From IMG/VR virus record IMGVR_UViG_3300028832_000096: DNA of 64,000 nt; one strand, given 5' to 3'. This stretch comes from a virus. Taxonomy: Duplodnaviria; Caudoviricetes. How positions within the stretch are numbered: position 1 is the stretch's first letter; each line of letters starts with the position of its first letter. This document shows positions 9,863-19,960 of the stretch, one piece after another. The notes below the pieces were generated by a model. It saw only the letters and a program-made list of their open reading frames with translations. It had not been told where the DNA came from and made no database searches. The translations under genes were made by a program, and so were the position numbers.

Positions 9863-10577
9863 AACTACATTCTGAGCACCATTTACAATGGCATCTAGTG
9901 TCTTTCAGGAAATAGTTATTGTAGTGTTTATACTTTTTGAATCGACTGGGACTGCCCTGCCTATAAGATATTGAATTAAAGTTCATCACATTATGAGGAA
10001 TCTCATTATTATGAACCATTCGATATGCTAACAGTATCGCTAATTGAGCTTTTTTGTCATTTGCATTTCCGTGAATTTCTGTTTTCTTTTGTCCTCGCAT
10101 TGTAAACTGGCCACCTTGATACATTACTTTTTTAATTGTATCAGGATACTGTTTACAATATTTCCTATTCCACACTACAGCCGCTACTAATATTTTGTCC
10201 TGCATTTTTGGACCTGCTTCACGATTAACTAATTTGACAAAGGTCTTGAAGGTATTCTTATTCATATGAAGCAGTTTTGCCTTTTGCTTCAATGAAAGCG
10301 CGTTAAGTTCGCTTTCAGTCATTGTGTAGATTGTTTTCTTAACCGGTGCTTCAATTTCATCCGGAAGGTCTGCAACAAGTTCTGCAGAGTTCTCATGTCT
10401 CGTGTTTTCTTCTAATTTTTTGTTACTTTCACTATATTTGCTACCATCTTCGTCAACACAACTAATTTGATAAGATATTATAGTACGGTCTAACCTTTCT
10501 GGGGGTTGTGGTGCTTTTACTATGGCAACAAACATCGGAAATACTGCCAATAGTTCTAGAACAGTATTAAACATCAT
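9861..10577 (-). CDS. SleB/CwlJ-like cell wall hydrolase (Hydrolase_2) with N-terminal hydrophobic anchor
   Basis: LVNREAG...VAAVVWNR...YPDTIKKVMYQGGQFT. Confidence 0.82.
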   Translation of the reverse strand: MMFNTVLELLAVFPMFVAIVKAPQPPERLDRTIISYQISCVDEDGSKYSESNKKLEENTRHENSAELVADLPDEIEAPVKKTIYTMTESELNALSLKQKAKLLHMNKNTFKTFVKLVNREAGPKMQDKILVAAVVWNRKYCKQYPDTIKKVMYQGGQFTMRGQKKTEIHGNANDKKAQLAILLAYRMVHNNEIPHNVMNFNSISYRQGSPSRFKKYKHYNNYFLKDTRCHCKWCSECS

Positions 10578-10630
10578 AGTTCTCCTTTTGTAATAAAGTG
10601 TGTGGAAATAGGGAGGAAAGAAAAAGAAAA

Positions 10631-10749
10631 GCCATTTATTCGACTAGGAGCAAAGAAATAAATGGCGAAAGACTTTACTCGAAAGTTCGCTTTATTTTCA
10701 CGGAGCGTAACTCATGGTTACATAATACACAGAGCGAACTTACAAGAGC
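10631..10749 (-). ncRNA. repeated structured RNA, copy 1 (long stem + 3' H-type pseudoknot)
   Basis: Homologous to 17812-17920 and 33528-33662, with compensatory changes. Confidence 0.7.
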
Positions 10750-10854
10750 TGTTGCTATTGGCACACGTATGCCTGAACCATGTGCCATAGAATATAACGA
10801 TTCAATTAGCGATAAAAGGCAGCTCTGTAATTAGTTAAGGTTTTGGCTGTATTT

Positions 10855-12453
10855 TCAAACCTCATATTTACATTTATTTGGGAACTTTTCTTCAAGCAAT
10901 TTAAGTAATTCTTCGCGTGTCTTTTTATAATCTTTCACTTTATCTGAGTCATTTAAACAAACTACCTGTAACATATCACTAAATAATGCCCTACGTATAT
11001 CCGTCATACTTTCGTGCATATCTATGTACATGTAACCACAGATGTCATTAACATAATTGTCTGTGTAATATTCATAATAAGGATAAATATATTGGTTCAG
11101 ATTCTTAGGCATTCTAAGCCTAGAAACGCTACGCTCTATCGCAGCTTTGCAAGCTTCACCGACAATTTCCGTTGTTGACTTACGCATAGGCATGATGCCA
11201 TGTTCAGGGCATATTAACTTACCAACAGGATACTTTTCTTTGTGGAAGGTGTTAGCAATTAAATCTAAACCATTTCGACAATGAACTCTATACAGGTTGT
11301 TAGTAGGATAGGACTCATGACGTAAGAAGTCGATATGCGGTTTACCATCAGTAAAAAAATCTCCAACAACTAATGGATTTATTGGAAACATATCATCGTT
11401 GAAGTACAAGAAATATTCTGATAGGTCAGGAATGTTATACAAGAAACATTCGATAGTGCAACTATTGAATGTAGGCAAAAACTGAGCAGGTATGAAGTCC
11501 CTATGGTAAACAATTTTAACATTTTCTTGATTAAGCCATTCAGGCGCTTGACTTTCACGAGCGAGGAGAAGTATTACATTTCGGACAAAAGGCATGTTGT
11601 CTGAAATACTTCTAAGTAAATATTTCAATGAACCCCAATCTCTAAATCTTACATTGCTTACTGTATAGATACCTGTAGTGGTTGTATAGTCCTTCATCCA
11701 CAATTTGTCTCTAGCATTTACATAAGGAATAACAACATCAATATCAGATATATCGCTACCTTCATAATGCTGTCGTTGTGTTGCTTTGATTAAAGCAGAA
11801 GTATATCTCCGCATGTAATTCCAGTTGTAAATTTGTTCTTTTGCCCAACTAGAAGGACATTGTCCAGGACCTACATACTTGAACGAAGTTTCAGTCACAC
11901 AGTCCTTTGGAAAATCAAACGCTTTATCTGGAAATTGCTGAAAACACATTGCAACAAACAAATCGTCTTCAAAGCCTTGACTGATTTCTGGATTCATGTC
12001 AGGCATATCAATTTGACTGTATATCTCCTTTGATACAGCAAGTAGCATCAAAGGGCATGCGGTATGTCGTATAACACCTATACCGCCAGGATGATTATCT
12101 ATTTCTGAAAGGTATATAGACGGGTCATCACACTGAATCATACCGTCATCATCTAGCATTATAAGATAATCATAATTTGATTTAATAAACTGTTTTCTAA
12201 GCTCTCTGCGTGCTCCTAGTATTCCGAGTTTATCATATCTTAGAATTTTCAGTTTGTTTTTAATTTCAGGTGGTTGATAGTCTTGCCAATTCTGAGCAAT
12301 TATTAGAATATCAACTTCCGGCCATAATTCCGAGAGCTTACATAGTAATTCGGAACATCTCCTACTTCTCTCACGACGTGTTTCAATATGATACTCAGTA
12401 TCATTGTTAGGGAAGTAAGATACAATTCCGAATACTTTCTTAAGTGATTGCAT
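10855..12453 (-). CDS. GT-A-like + Stealth (CpsY/SacB-like phosphotransferase) fusion, paralog 1
   Basis: N-terminal DYLIMLDDD; Stealth CR1 DIDVVIPYV, CR2 LKYLLRSI...FLPTFNSCTIE...YFNDDMF, CR4 VCLND. Confidence 0.85.
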   Translation of the reverse strand: MQSLKKVFGIVSYFPNNDTEYHIETRRERSRRCSELLCKLSELWPEVDILIIAQNWQDYQPPEIKNKLKILRYDKLGILGARRELRKQFIKSNYDYLIMLDDDGMIQCDDPSIYLSEIDNHPGGIGVIRHTACPLMLLAVSKEIYSQIDMPDMNPEISQGFEDDLFVAMCFQQFPDKAFDFPKDCVTETSFKYVGPGQCPSSWAKEQIYNWNYMRRYTSALIKATQRQHYEGSDISDIDVVIPYVNARDKLWMKDYTTTTGIYTVSNVRFRDWGSLKYLLRSISDNMPFVRNVILLLARESQAPEWLNQENVKIVYHRDFIPAQFLPTFNSCTIECFLYNIPDLSEYFLYFNDDMFPINPLVVGDFFTDGKPHIDFLRHESYPTNNLYRVHCRNGLDLIANTFHKEKYPVGKLICPEHGIMPMRKSTTEIVGEACKAAIERSVSRLRMPKNLNQYIYPYYEYYTDNYVNDICGYMYIDMHESMTDIRRALFSDMLQVVCLNDSDKVKDYKKTREELLKLLEEKFPNKCKYEV

Positions 12454-12478
12454 TGTTAACTAAGGAGTTCTCCTAGTG

Positions 12479-12835
12479 TTACTCCTCTTCCTCGGGATAA
12501 TCTTTAATTATCCATCTGAGAAGCTGAGTTGTGTCCTTATTGCAAAGCGGGCAGATGCCATTGATGCTATCAACTTCCTGCTCAGATGCAATCATAGCTG
12601 AAATGAAAATACCTTTGCAGTTATCGCATTCTGCGATAAGATGGTTTACAATATTGTTATCGACGTCAATAGCAACGTCATCTTCCTCAATATTTTCGCC
12701 CTCTTCAATAGCTTCCTCTTCTTCTACGTCTTCACCAATAGTTTCCTCAGGTGCATCCATTACGTCATCAAAGAGAGACTCGTCTTCTGAAAAGTCGTCA
12801 TCCGCAGCAAAAATAGGTCTTTTTGTAATCTTCAT
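12479..12835 (-). CDS. acidic zinc-finger protein with MK..IFAA leader
   Basis: D/E-rich N-half, CDNC...CPLC; motif-B promoter upstream. Confidence 0.65.
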   Translation of the reverse strand: MKITKRPIFAADDDFSEDESLFDDVMDAPEETIGEDVEEEEAIEEGENIEEDDVAIDVDNNIVNHLIAECDNCKGIFISAMIASEQEVDSINGICPLCNKDTTQLLRWIIKDYPEEEE

Positions 12836-12892
12836 TTGTTATGCCTCCATACATACTGAACCAATCAGTTAGGATAATTGTATAAAAGGTTA

Positions 12893-13816
12893 TCAAACTG
12901 CAACTACTCTATTGAAAATCTGATTAAGTGCTACAGAAAGAAGTGTAGTATTTACAAACATTGCGTCTGCTGTAGGCTTACGCTGACTTACATGATGAGT
13001 AAGATAATCGGCCGCACCGTTGATAACACCCCAAGCGGTTCCATTGAAGTTCTGATTGTCATCACTCTTGTAGCATGAAAGGAACTCCGCTCTGTTCATT
13101 TCAAAGTTAGTTACCTGACGATTAGTCATCTTCTCAGGGTCATACTTGAATACTTCGTTGAAAATCTTGATAATCTGGTCCTGAGAAATCTTCTTCTTAG
13201 CAAGCTCCTCGGCCGTATCTTCAAATGTAGACATATAAGTTGCTACATCATGCATCATGTTTCTTGCAGTAACAAGCCTTGTATCCATCTTAGACGAATG
13301 AACGATTCTTACTGTGTTAGATGCTTCTCTGAAAGCAAGGTTAAACTGATTCTGGCAAACAATTCTCAAAGGAGAAATTGTAGCTTTGACGGAATTCATA
13401 CCGTCATGAGAATTCTGGAATATGATATAAGGAGTGATAGCATCACCAAGAAGTGTGATATCAGGAATCTTAGCGATAATGTAAACAAGGCCTTTAGTGC
13501 TTCCATTAGAAATTTCGCCTGCTTTAACATACTGGAAACCTTCGTTGTCGTTTCCGATATAGTCGATAAAGTTGAAGGCGTCTCTATTCTGGCAGATTTC
13601 GTACTTAGATGAAACTGCGTTGTAAACAAAGCCAGTAGACTCATTAACAGTAAGAACCTTATCCGGATAGTCGTAATAAGTTTCACCGTCAGGTCCAAGA
13701 TACTTGATACCTTTCTTAATGACATTGTAATTCAGCCCTGCTGCATTGAGGACTTCTTCAGAAGTCTTGCAAGCTGAAATGTCGGTTCCGATTGATGCAA
13801 AAGTTGATGTACGCAT
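12893..13816 (-). CDS. DUF932 (phage/plasmid TIGR03299-like) protein
   Basis: AGLNYNV, VSSKYEICQN, NSHDG, RIVCQNQ, GTAWGVING; start moved to 13816 (GGAGG RBS) because the ORF-track ATG lies inside promoter motif A. Confidence 0.8.
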   Translation of the reverse strand: MRTSTFASIGTDISACKTSEEVLNAAGLNYNVIKKGIKYLGPDGETYYDYPDKVLTVNESTGFVYNAVSSKYEICQNRDAFNFIDYIGNDNEGFQYVKAGEISNGSTKGLVYIIAKIPDITLLGDAITPYIIFQNSHDGMNSVKATISPLRIVCQNQFNLAFREASNTVRIVHSSKMDTRLVTARNMMHDVATYMSTFEDTAEELAKKKISQDQIIKIFNEVFKYDPEKMTNRQVTNFEMNRAEFLSCYKSDDNQNFNGTAWGVINGAADYLTHHVSQRKPTADAMFVNTTLLSVALNQIFNRVVAV

Positions 13817-13881
13817 ATTGATGCCTCCTTTAGATGAGTGTATTTTTCTTCTACATCGTACATAACGATTCAAATGATACT

Positions 13882-13907
13882 AAAAATAAAAGAGGCCTAG
13901 TGGCCTC
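13882..13907 (-). terminator. intrinsic terminator
   Basis: GAGGCC/GGCCTC stem + T-rich tail on minus. Confidence 0.6.
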
Positions 13908-14057
13908 CTTTAATATAAATACATACATAATTATTGCTGAGGTTCAGCCGGTTTTTCTTTGATACATCTGCCTAATACACAAGTATGACGATACAAATCT
14001 TTTGTTATTTTTTCGCTATAATGATACTGGCATTTCTTGCAGTCATCTGTGAATAAT

Positions 14058-14327
14058 TTATTGTTCATAGAATGTGTTGAATTCACTAGTAACCGCACCA
14101 TCTTTCATTGCTGCTTGATAGATTTCGCAACCATCTTCTTCTGCGATATAAGCAGCTAAGAATGTATCTAAATCATTTGCTTTAGTATGTAAAGTTGTTT
14201 TATGGGCTTCCCAGTAAGAGTTTAACCAATCACCGGAAACTACAAAATTGACTTCTCCAATAGGGTCATCGGAATCTTTGGTATAAATCCACATTCTATT
14301 TAATTCATACTCAAATTTGACAGTCAT
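14058..14327 (-). CDS. hypothetical protein
   Basis: AGGAG RBS. Confidence 0.6.
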   Translation of the reverse strand: MTVKFEYELNRMWIYTKDSDDPIGEVNFVVSGDWLNSYWEAHKTTLHTKANDLDTFLAAYIAEEDGCEIYQAAMKDGAVTSEFNTFYEQ

Positions 14328-14341
14328 AGAAATCTCCTGTA

Positions 14342-14785
14342 TTAGGCTTCATCAGATTTAACTGAAACATCGTCTGCTATTTCTTCGGGCTCACTTGCAG
14401 GTTCTGGTTTACGAGATACTAATATGTGGGCGGCTGTAAGAAGATAAGCACAATACATATTGATATCAAATGTGTTTCCAGGTTTAATAGATGCAAACAG
14501 CATCTTAGCAGCATTTGTTGTCATTTCTCCTAAAGTCATTCCATTAGGAATTTTTACATCTTCAGGAATACCGAGGATAGTATCAACTAAATCTACTTCA
14601 GCATAACTGCAAGCGTAGATTACAGAATGATAAAGAGAAATGACATCTCCGTTATTTTGAAAGTTTGCAAGTTCAATCATCGCACGACGGCCAGATGCTT
14701 TCTGCTCGTTGCTAATGAAATTGCCCTCATCGTCTTTGATTGCATCAGGCATGTAAGGAATGAGCATGTCGTAAAAAAGTTCCAT
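14342..14785 (-). CDS. hypothetical protein
   Basis: AGGAGG RBS. Confidence 0.65.
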   Translation of the reverse strand: MELFYDMLIPYMPDAIKDDEGNFISNEQKASGRRAMIELANFQNNGDVISLYHSVIYACSYAEVDLVDTILGIPEDVKIPNGMTLGEMTTNAAKMLFASIKPGNTFDINMYCAYLLTAAHILVSRKPEPASEPEEIADDVSVKSDEA

Positions 14786-14808
14786 AGTGTCCTCCTATTT
14801 ATTAAATA

Positions 14809-16638
14809 TTATTTAGTGTTTCCAAACAAAATCTCAAATAATTCAGGATTATTCTTAAATGACAATTTATTATCGACTATATACTTTGCAATTCCGTCTT
14901 TGTCCTGAATTAATTTATATACTTTCTCATCTACGGTATCTTTAGTAATGATGCTGTAGATGTTTACAGTACTATTAGTACCTGCCCTATGACATCTGTC
15001 TTCTGCTTGCTCCATCGTGGCAGGGTTCCAAGGTAAGTCGTAGAATATTACATTATTTGCAACAGTAAGTGTATGTGATACTCCTAATGCTCCGATAGTA
15101 CCTATCATGATTTTGCGCTCAGGGTCTTGTATAAACTGGTGTTTCTGCTCTTCTCTATCATTTGTATTAACACCAGTATAACAACAAATGTTCTTATGAT
15201 ACAAAGCAAGAAAGCGATAAATAGTCCTGAGCGACTCAACCCAGTTAGAAAATATTACAACTTTCTCACCGCTCGAAACAATTGTATCTACTAAGTCCAG
15301 CAATCTTGTCATTTTAGAGTTCTTAGTTAGATATGCTCTATCAATTTTAAGAGATGTATCAACTAATTCGGGACTTCCATTTACTTGGCGAAGTTTCAAT
15401 AACCGAACCATAGGATTAACTGCGGTCAATATTTCTTCTCTATGCGCTTTAGTATCAGCTAATACTTCTTCATAGAGTTTTGCTTGATAAGTAGTATTTT
15501 CAACATATTCAATTGTATGTATTTTAGGCGGAAGGTCTAATACATCTTTCTTCAATCGTCTTAGCATATTATTCTGCAAGAGATGTTTAAGTTGCGGGAT
15601 ATTCTTATACGCAATTATATCGTGATTACCGAAACCGCCATATACACAGAAATTCTGACACCACAACTGATAATTGTTAAATGTATGACCATCTACAAGT
15701 TTAAGCGGAGTAAATACATCTGTAGGTTTGTTTACAATAGGTGTGCCGGTCATAGGTAACCAAAGAATCTTAGACCCTTCAGTATCCTTTTTCAACTTAA
15801 GTACTTGACGGCCTTGTTTAGAAGAGGGAGAAATTCCTCTATGACATTCATCTAAAATAACCATCCCGATATAACCTTTGTTGAAAAGTTTTGTAAGCTG
15901 CTCTCTAAACAGATAATGTCTGTCTTTGCGCATGTGTAAAACTTCAACATTTGTTACTAAAAAGAAAGGAAGCGGTGGTTGGTCCTTCTTTCCATACATA
16001 TGGCCACAAATCAAATCATCTAACTTCTCTTTACTGCCACCATCATATCTTACAGTTCCATCACGCTTCAGGCGAGAACCTAAAAGATAAGGTACTTCTT
16101 GTCCATTAGAATGTTTCTTGATGTCCTCTATCCAGTTAAATTTAGCTGAGTTTACACAAGCAATAATTAAACAGTGTTTTATTTTATTAACTTTGCGATT
16201 ATACAATGCAAGATTCATCGCTTGCAAGGTCTTTCCAAGACCAGGTTCATCTGCAAGTATGAACCCGCTAAACAGACCTCTATTCTGTCTATCGATAGAA
16301 TACCGCATAAAATCAAGCTGATGATTAAATAAATGATAACCATCTTGAACACTTAGCGGTACTTTAGATAAATCAATATTAGGAATTGCAGATTCTGGTG
16401 TAGCATCAATATTAGCGTTTTGATTTATATGCTCAGCAGAATAAACTTGAAGTTGATTTTCATATTGCGAACCACGCAGTTGTGAAATTAAGAAACCTAA
16501 TCTGTCAAGTGGAATAGTCCAATACTTATTATCGTTATCCCATCTACGACCCGGAACGCTTTTTATAATATAAAGCAATTGCGGGTTATATGGAAATCTA
16601 ATAATATAGACATCTTGATTTTGTACTGCAGTTATCAT
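14809..16638 (-). CDS. SNF2/SWI2-family helicase (HARP-like N-terminus)
   Basis: LADEPGLGKT, LDECH, MTGTPIVN, MLRRLK, KVVIFS, WNPATMEQAEDRCHRAG. Confidence 0.93.
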   Translation of the reverse strand: MITAVQNQDVYIIRFPYNPQLLYIIKSVPGRRWDNDNKYWTIPLDRLGFLISQLRGSQYENQLQVYSAEHINQNANIDATPESAIPNIDLSKVPLSVQDGYHLFNHQLDFMRYSIDRQNRGLFSGFILADEPGLGKTLQAMNLALYNRKVNKIKHCLIIACVNSAKFNWIEDIKKHSNGQEVPYLLGSRLKRDGTVRYDGGSKEKLDDLICGHMYGKKDQPPLPFFLVTNVEVLHMRKDRHYLFREQLTKLFNKGYIGMVILDECHRGISPSSKQGRQVLKLKKDTEGSKILWLPMTGTPIVNKPTDVFTPLKLVDGHTFNNYQLWCQNFCVYGGFGNHDIIAYKNIPQLKHLLQNNMLRRLKKDVLDLPPKIHTIEYVENTTYQAKLYEEVLADTKAHREEILTAVNPMVRLLKLRQVNGSPELVDTSLKIDRAYLTKNSKMTRLLDLVDTIVSSGEKVVIFSNWVESLRTIYRFLALYHKNICCYTGVNTNDREEQKHQFIQDPERKIMIGTIGALGVSHTLTVANNVIFYDLPWNPATMEQAEDRCHRAGTNSTVNIYSIITKDTVDEKVYKLIQDKDGIAKYIVDNKLSFKNNPELFEILFGNTK

Positions 16639-16744
16639 TAATTACACCTTGTACTACCTTGAGATTTAAGCGAGATTTAATTTTTGCTAATTTACTACAT
16701 AAAGTATAGTAAATCTATAATAGCGCCTTAGCTCGCCTAAGTTA

Positions 16745-17398
16745 TCACCAAACGAAGCTATGGTTAAATTCTTCGCCATTATCAATGATGATATCTTGTG
16801 CTGTGCAGCTCTTATTTATTACTGCGAGGAAATAAATCCAATCGGCTGCTTCATCTGAAGTAGCCCATTTATGCAATGGCGTCATACTCATTATCTTATT
16901 CCATTTCTTAGTGTCATTAATTACATTCCAGTTAACAGGAGATAAAACACCGCCAAAACTTAAACTATTGCAAGTAGCGCCATACTTAGCAATTTCTTTC
17001 GCTGTGTATTTTGTATAAGCAATTACGCCACCTTTGCTTGCTACATACTCACCAAAATCTGCACCTGTTGTTCCAGAAGCAGCTGCTTGATTAACTACTG
17101 ATTTAATATCTTTGTTATTGAGTGCATACTTTTCAGTACAGTTGATTAGACCTCTAAGGTTTACATCAATATCAGTTTCCGTACCTTGCACACCTGCATT
17201 GTTGATTAATATATTTACTTCTTTAATATCAGGGAGTTCGTCTTTCTTGGAAACATCAGCAACTACATGCGTATAGTTATCATCAATGATGTTAGACGGA
17301 GCTACATCAATTCCGATAACTACATGACCCTCTGATAAAAACTTAATAGCAGTTTCTCTGCCCATTCCGCGAGATGTGCCGGTTATTACTACGTTCAT
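16745..17398 (-). CDS. short-chain dehydrogenase/reductase
   Basis: TGTSRGMG, NNAG, YVASK. Confidence 0.9.
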   Translation of the reverse strand: MNVVITGTSRGMGRETAIKFLSEGHVVIGIDVAPSNIIDDNYTHVVADVSKKDELPDIKEVNILINNAGVQGTETDIDVNLRGLINCTEKYALNNKDIKSVVNQAAASGTTGADFGEYVASKGGVIAYTKYTAKEIAKYGATCNSLSFGGVLSPVNWNVINDTKKWNKIMSMTPLHKWATSDEAADWIYFLAVINKSCTAQDIIIDNGEEFNHSFVW

Positions 17399-17408
17399 AA
17401 GTAACTCC

Positions 17409-17702
17409 TTAGTTAGGTAAAATCAATTTTGATTTCTTGAGGAGGGCCTGGTGAACAAGTCCTTCTAATCTCCTTAATGCTTCTGCATCATAATCTTGAA
17501 GCGCAACTGCAATCTTATCATTAGTTTCAGGCAAACAGAGGCACTTACATCCATTGTCCTGACAATAACTAATTAAATCTTGCAATGCGTCTGATGTCAT
17601 ATCAGGGTCTTTTGTTGAATCATATGTAACGAAGATAAATTCACCTTCCTCACACTTGATTAGTTTCTTCAATACGTCGTTGTTGATTTCTTGTATTTCC
17701 AT
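17409..17702 (-). CDS. hypothetical protein
   Basis: AAGGAG RBS. Confidence 0.6.
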   Translation of the reverse strand: MEIQEINNDVLKKLIKCEEGEFIFVTYDSTKDPDMTSDALQDLISYCQDNGCKCLCLPETNDKIAVALQDYDAEALRRLEGLVHQALLKKSKLILPN

Positions 17703-17729
17703 AAGTAACTCCTTATAGTAAATCTATTT

Positions 17730-17803
17730 TGGCTGAGGTACGTGGAGTCGAACCACGATTCACAGAGTCAAAGTCTGCTGTACTACCGTTATACGATACC
17801 TCA
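17730..17803 (-). tRNA. tRNA-Gln(UUG)
   Basis: UGAGGUA/UACCUCA acceptor, anticodon loop CUUUGAC, UUCGACU T-loop, encoded CCA. Confidence 0.95.
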
Positions 17804-17811
17804 GTATATGA

Positions 17812-17920
17812 CTACTTATTCGACAAGGGATACAGAATAAGTAGACGAAGACTGTATCCGAAAGTTCGCTTGAGGTTTTCTCGGAGCACATACCGGAAAT
17901 TACAGAGCGAGCTTACAAGA
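17812..17920 (-). ncRNA. repeated structured RNA, copy 2
   Basis: Same architecture as copies 1 and 3; outer pseudoknot helix covaries (CTACTTATTC/GAATAAGTAG). Confidence 0.7.
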
Positions 17921-18154
17921 CCTGCATGTCTGAAACTCTCCCAACAAGGAGTTACACCTTGTAAGCGTTTGCCTGGGAGATATATAAATTGCCTTTTGAA
18001 ACAAGATAGGGTGGTGGTTGTCTTTCGTAATTGTTCCTTGCGAAACTATCTTGTAACTTTAACCGGCAGCTCAATAGAATATTCATGAAAGGCGAGAAGA
18101 GCTTCGGAGGGCAACTATTCACTTGTAAAGGTTCAGATACATTACATAACGATT

Positions 18155-19744
18155 CTAATTTTCATACTTGCATTTTTCAGGAAATTTAGTTTCAAATATA
18201 GAAACCAATTCTCGCTGAACTGTATCATAATCGGCTACTGTTCCCATATCATTTATACAAACAATGCAAATATGTTTGCTATTTAATATTATATGACGAA
18301 TATTAAATAAGTTGTCATCAATTTCAGTATACACATAAGGGCAAAAATCATCAATGTAGTTACCTGTGAAGAATTGATAGTAATGATAGACATACTGATT
18401 GATGTTTTGCGGTGCTCTAGTTTGTGTTATGCTCTTTTCCAATACATCCTTTAGGGACTTGAATACATTCTTTACGCTAGATTTTAACATAGGCATAGCG
18501 CTGTGTTCAGTAACTATCAATTCGTTTTCATCATAATTAGGTAAATTGAGCATTGTTGTAATTGCGTTTATACTAGACCGACATTCCCAACTAAATGCAT
18601 CTTGTGATTCTAAATTACTATGCTCTTTAAATTGCAATAAGGGCTTTTCATCTACAAAGAAGTCAGACGATACCATATCATCTATCGGAAAAATATCATC
18701 ATTGAAATATATAAATTTCTCTGATAGTCCTTTGATATTAGATAAGAATGCTTCTATTGTGCAGCTATTGTATGTAGGTAGAAATTTTTCTGGTATGAAG
18801 TCTTTGTGGTAAACTATTGTAACATTAGTAATCCATTCAGGTACTTGGGTTTCATCTGAAACGATTAGTACAACATTGCGTACAAAAGGCATATATCTAT
18901 CTATACCTCTTAATAAATACTTCAGCGTGTTCCATGACCTAAATCTGTTAGAATATAATTCTGATTGTTTAGTATTTTTGATATATGCTTCTTGCCATCC
19001 AGATTTAGACGAATCTACATAAGGAATTACAATGTCGATGTCTTTCTCGTTGCTACAAGGAGCTCTTTTGTGTTTAACAGCTTGAATATATGCATTAGAT
19101 ATACAGTTCATATAGTTCCAATCAAGCTGAATATCATCTAACCAAGTAGAAGGACAACTATGATTTGGTTTATAAGAAAGGTCTGAAATACAGCCTTTAG
19201 TGAAGTCAAATGCTTTATTAGGAAATAACGCAAAACAAGATTCGGCAAATACTACATCGCCAAATCCTTCGCATTTTTCTGCATCAATATCTGGATAATC
19301 GATTAGGCTATAAATAGATTTAGAAATAGCTAAAAACGTCATAGGATGTCCTATGCGACGAACTAATCCAACCCCATCAGGGTGGTTATCAATTTCTTTA
19401 ATATAAACCGAGGGGTCTTTGCATGATATAACAGTATCGTCATCTAACATAATTAGATAATCGTATTCTGATTCTAAGAACTCCTGCCTGAGTACTTTTC
19501 TTGCACCTACTATACCAAGCCGTTTTATCTTAGAATTAACTATGCGAAGTTTGTTTTGTATTTTTGGAGGTTTATAATCTTCCCAATTCTGTGCAATTAT
19601 AATGATGTCGATAGTAGGCCATAAACTGCTCAAAGATAAAAGCAATTCGGAACATCTCTTTGTCCTTACACCTCTAACATACTTATGGTAATCAGTATCT
19701 GGGTCTGGAAAATAAGAGATTATTCCGAATACTTTCTTAATCAT
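18155..19744 (-). CDS. GT-A-like + Stealth fusion, paralog 2
   Basis: KKVFGIISYFP, DYLIMLDDD, DIDIVIPYV, FLPTYNSCTIE, YFNDDIF, VCIND; colinear with 10855-12453. Confidence 0.85.
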   Translation of the reverse strand: MIKKVFGIISYFPDPDTDYHKYVRGVRTKRCSELLLSLSSLWPTIDIIIIAQNWEDYKPPKIQNKLRIVNSKIKRLGIVGARKVLRQEFLESEYDYLIMLDDDTVISCKDPSVYIKEIDNHPDGVGLVRRIGHPMTFLAISKSIYSLIDYPDIDAEKCEGFGDVVFAESCFALFPNKAFDFTKGCISDLSYKPNHSCPSTWLDDIQLDWNYMNCISNAYIQAVKHKRAPCSNEKDIDIVIPYVDSSKSGWQEAYIKNTKQSELYSNRFRSWNTLKYLLRGIDRYMPFVRNVVLIVSDETQVPEWITNVTIVYHKDFIPEKFLPTYNSCTIEAFLSNIKGLSEKFIYFNDDIFPIDDMVSSDFFVDEKPLLQFKEHSNLESQDAFSWECRSSINAITTMLNLPNYDENELIVTEHSAMPMLKSSVKNVFKSLKDVLEKSITQTRAPQNINQYVYHYYQFFTGNYIDDFCPYVYTEIDDNLFNIRHIILNSKHICIVCINDMGTVADYDTVQRELVSIFETKFPEKCKYEN

Positions 19745-19931
19745 TCCTTGGAACTATTTCAAGTCCTTCTATAGCTGCCCATAATTTAGCAGCGGATTCT
19801 TCAGATAAATCTACAATAATAGATGTAGCAGTCACAAAATCAGATTCTGTAGTAAAAGGTTTCCAAGTTTTGCCATCATCGCTAGAATAAAATAAATTGC
19901 TGTTGGATTCGTCATTATCTTTGGGATTCAT
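19737..19931 (-). CDS. hypothetical protein
   Basis: GGAGGT RBS; one YSSDDGKTW (Asp-box-like) motif. Confidence 0.5.
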   Translation of the reverse strand: MNPKDNDESNSNLFYSSDDGKTWKPFTTESDFVTATSIIVDLSEESAAKLWAAIEGLEIVPRND

Positions 19932-19960
19932 ACTAGCACCTCCGATGCATACAATAACGA

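Noticed and set aside
13817-13873. MNRY N-termini of ORFs 12893-13873 and 37298-37699 as a shared peptide leader
   Set aside because: Artefact of translating promoter motif A (ATGAATCGTTAT); better RBS-supported starts lie downstream.
17729-18088. Plus-strand ORF over tRNA-Gln (also ORFs 33614-33853, 33957-34172, 33970-34272, 35496-35684, 36122-36400, 10598-10834)
   Set aside because: They overlap tRNAs or structured RNAs, lack RBSs and have no protein-like features.
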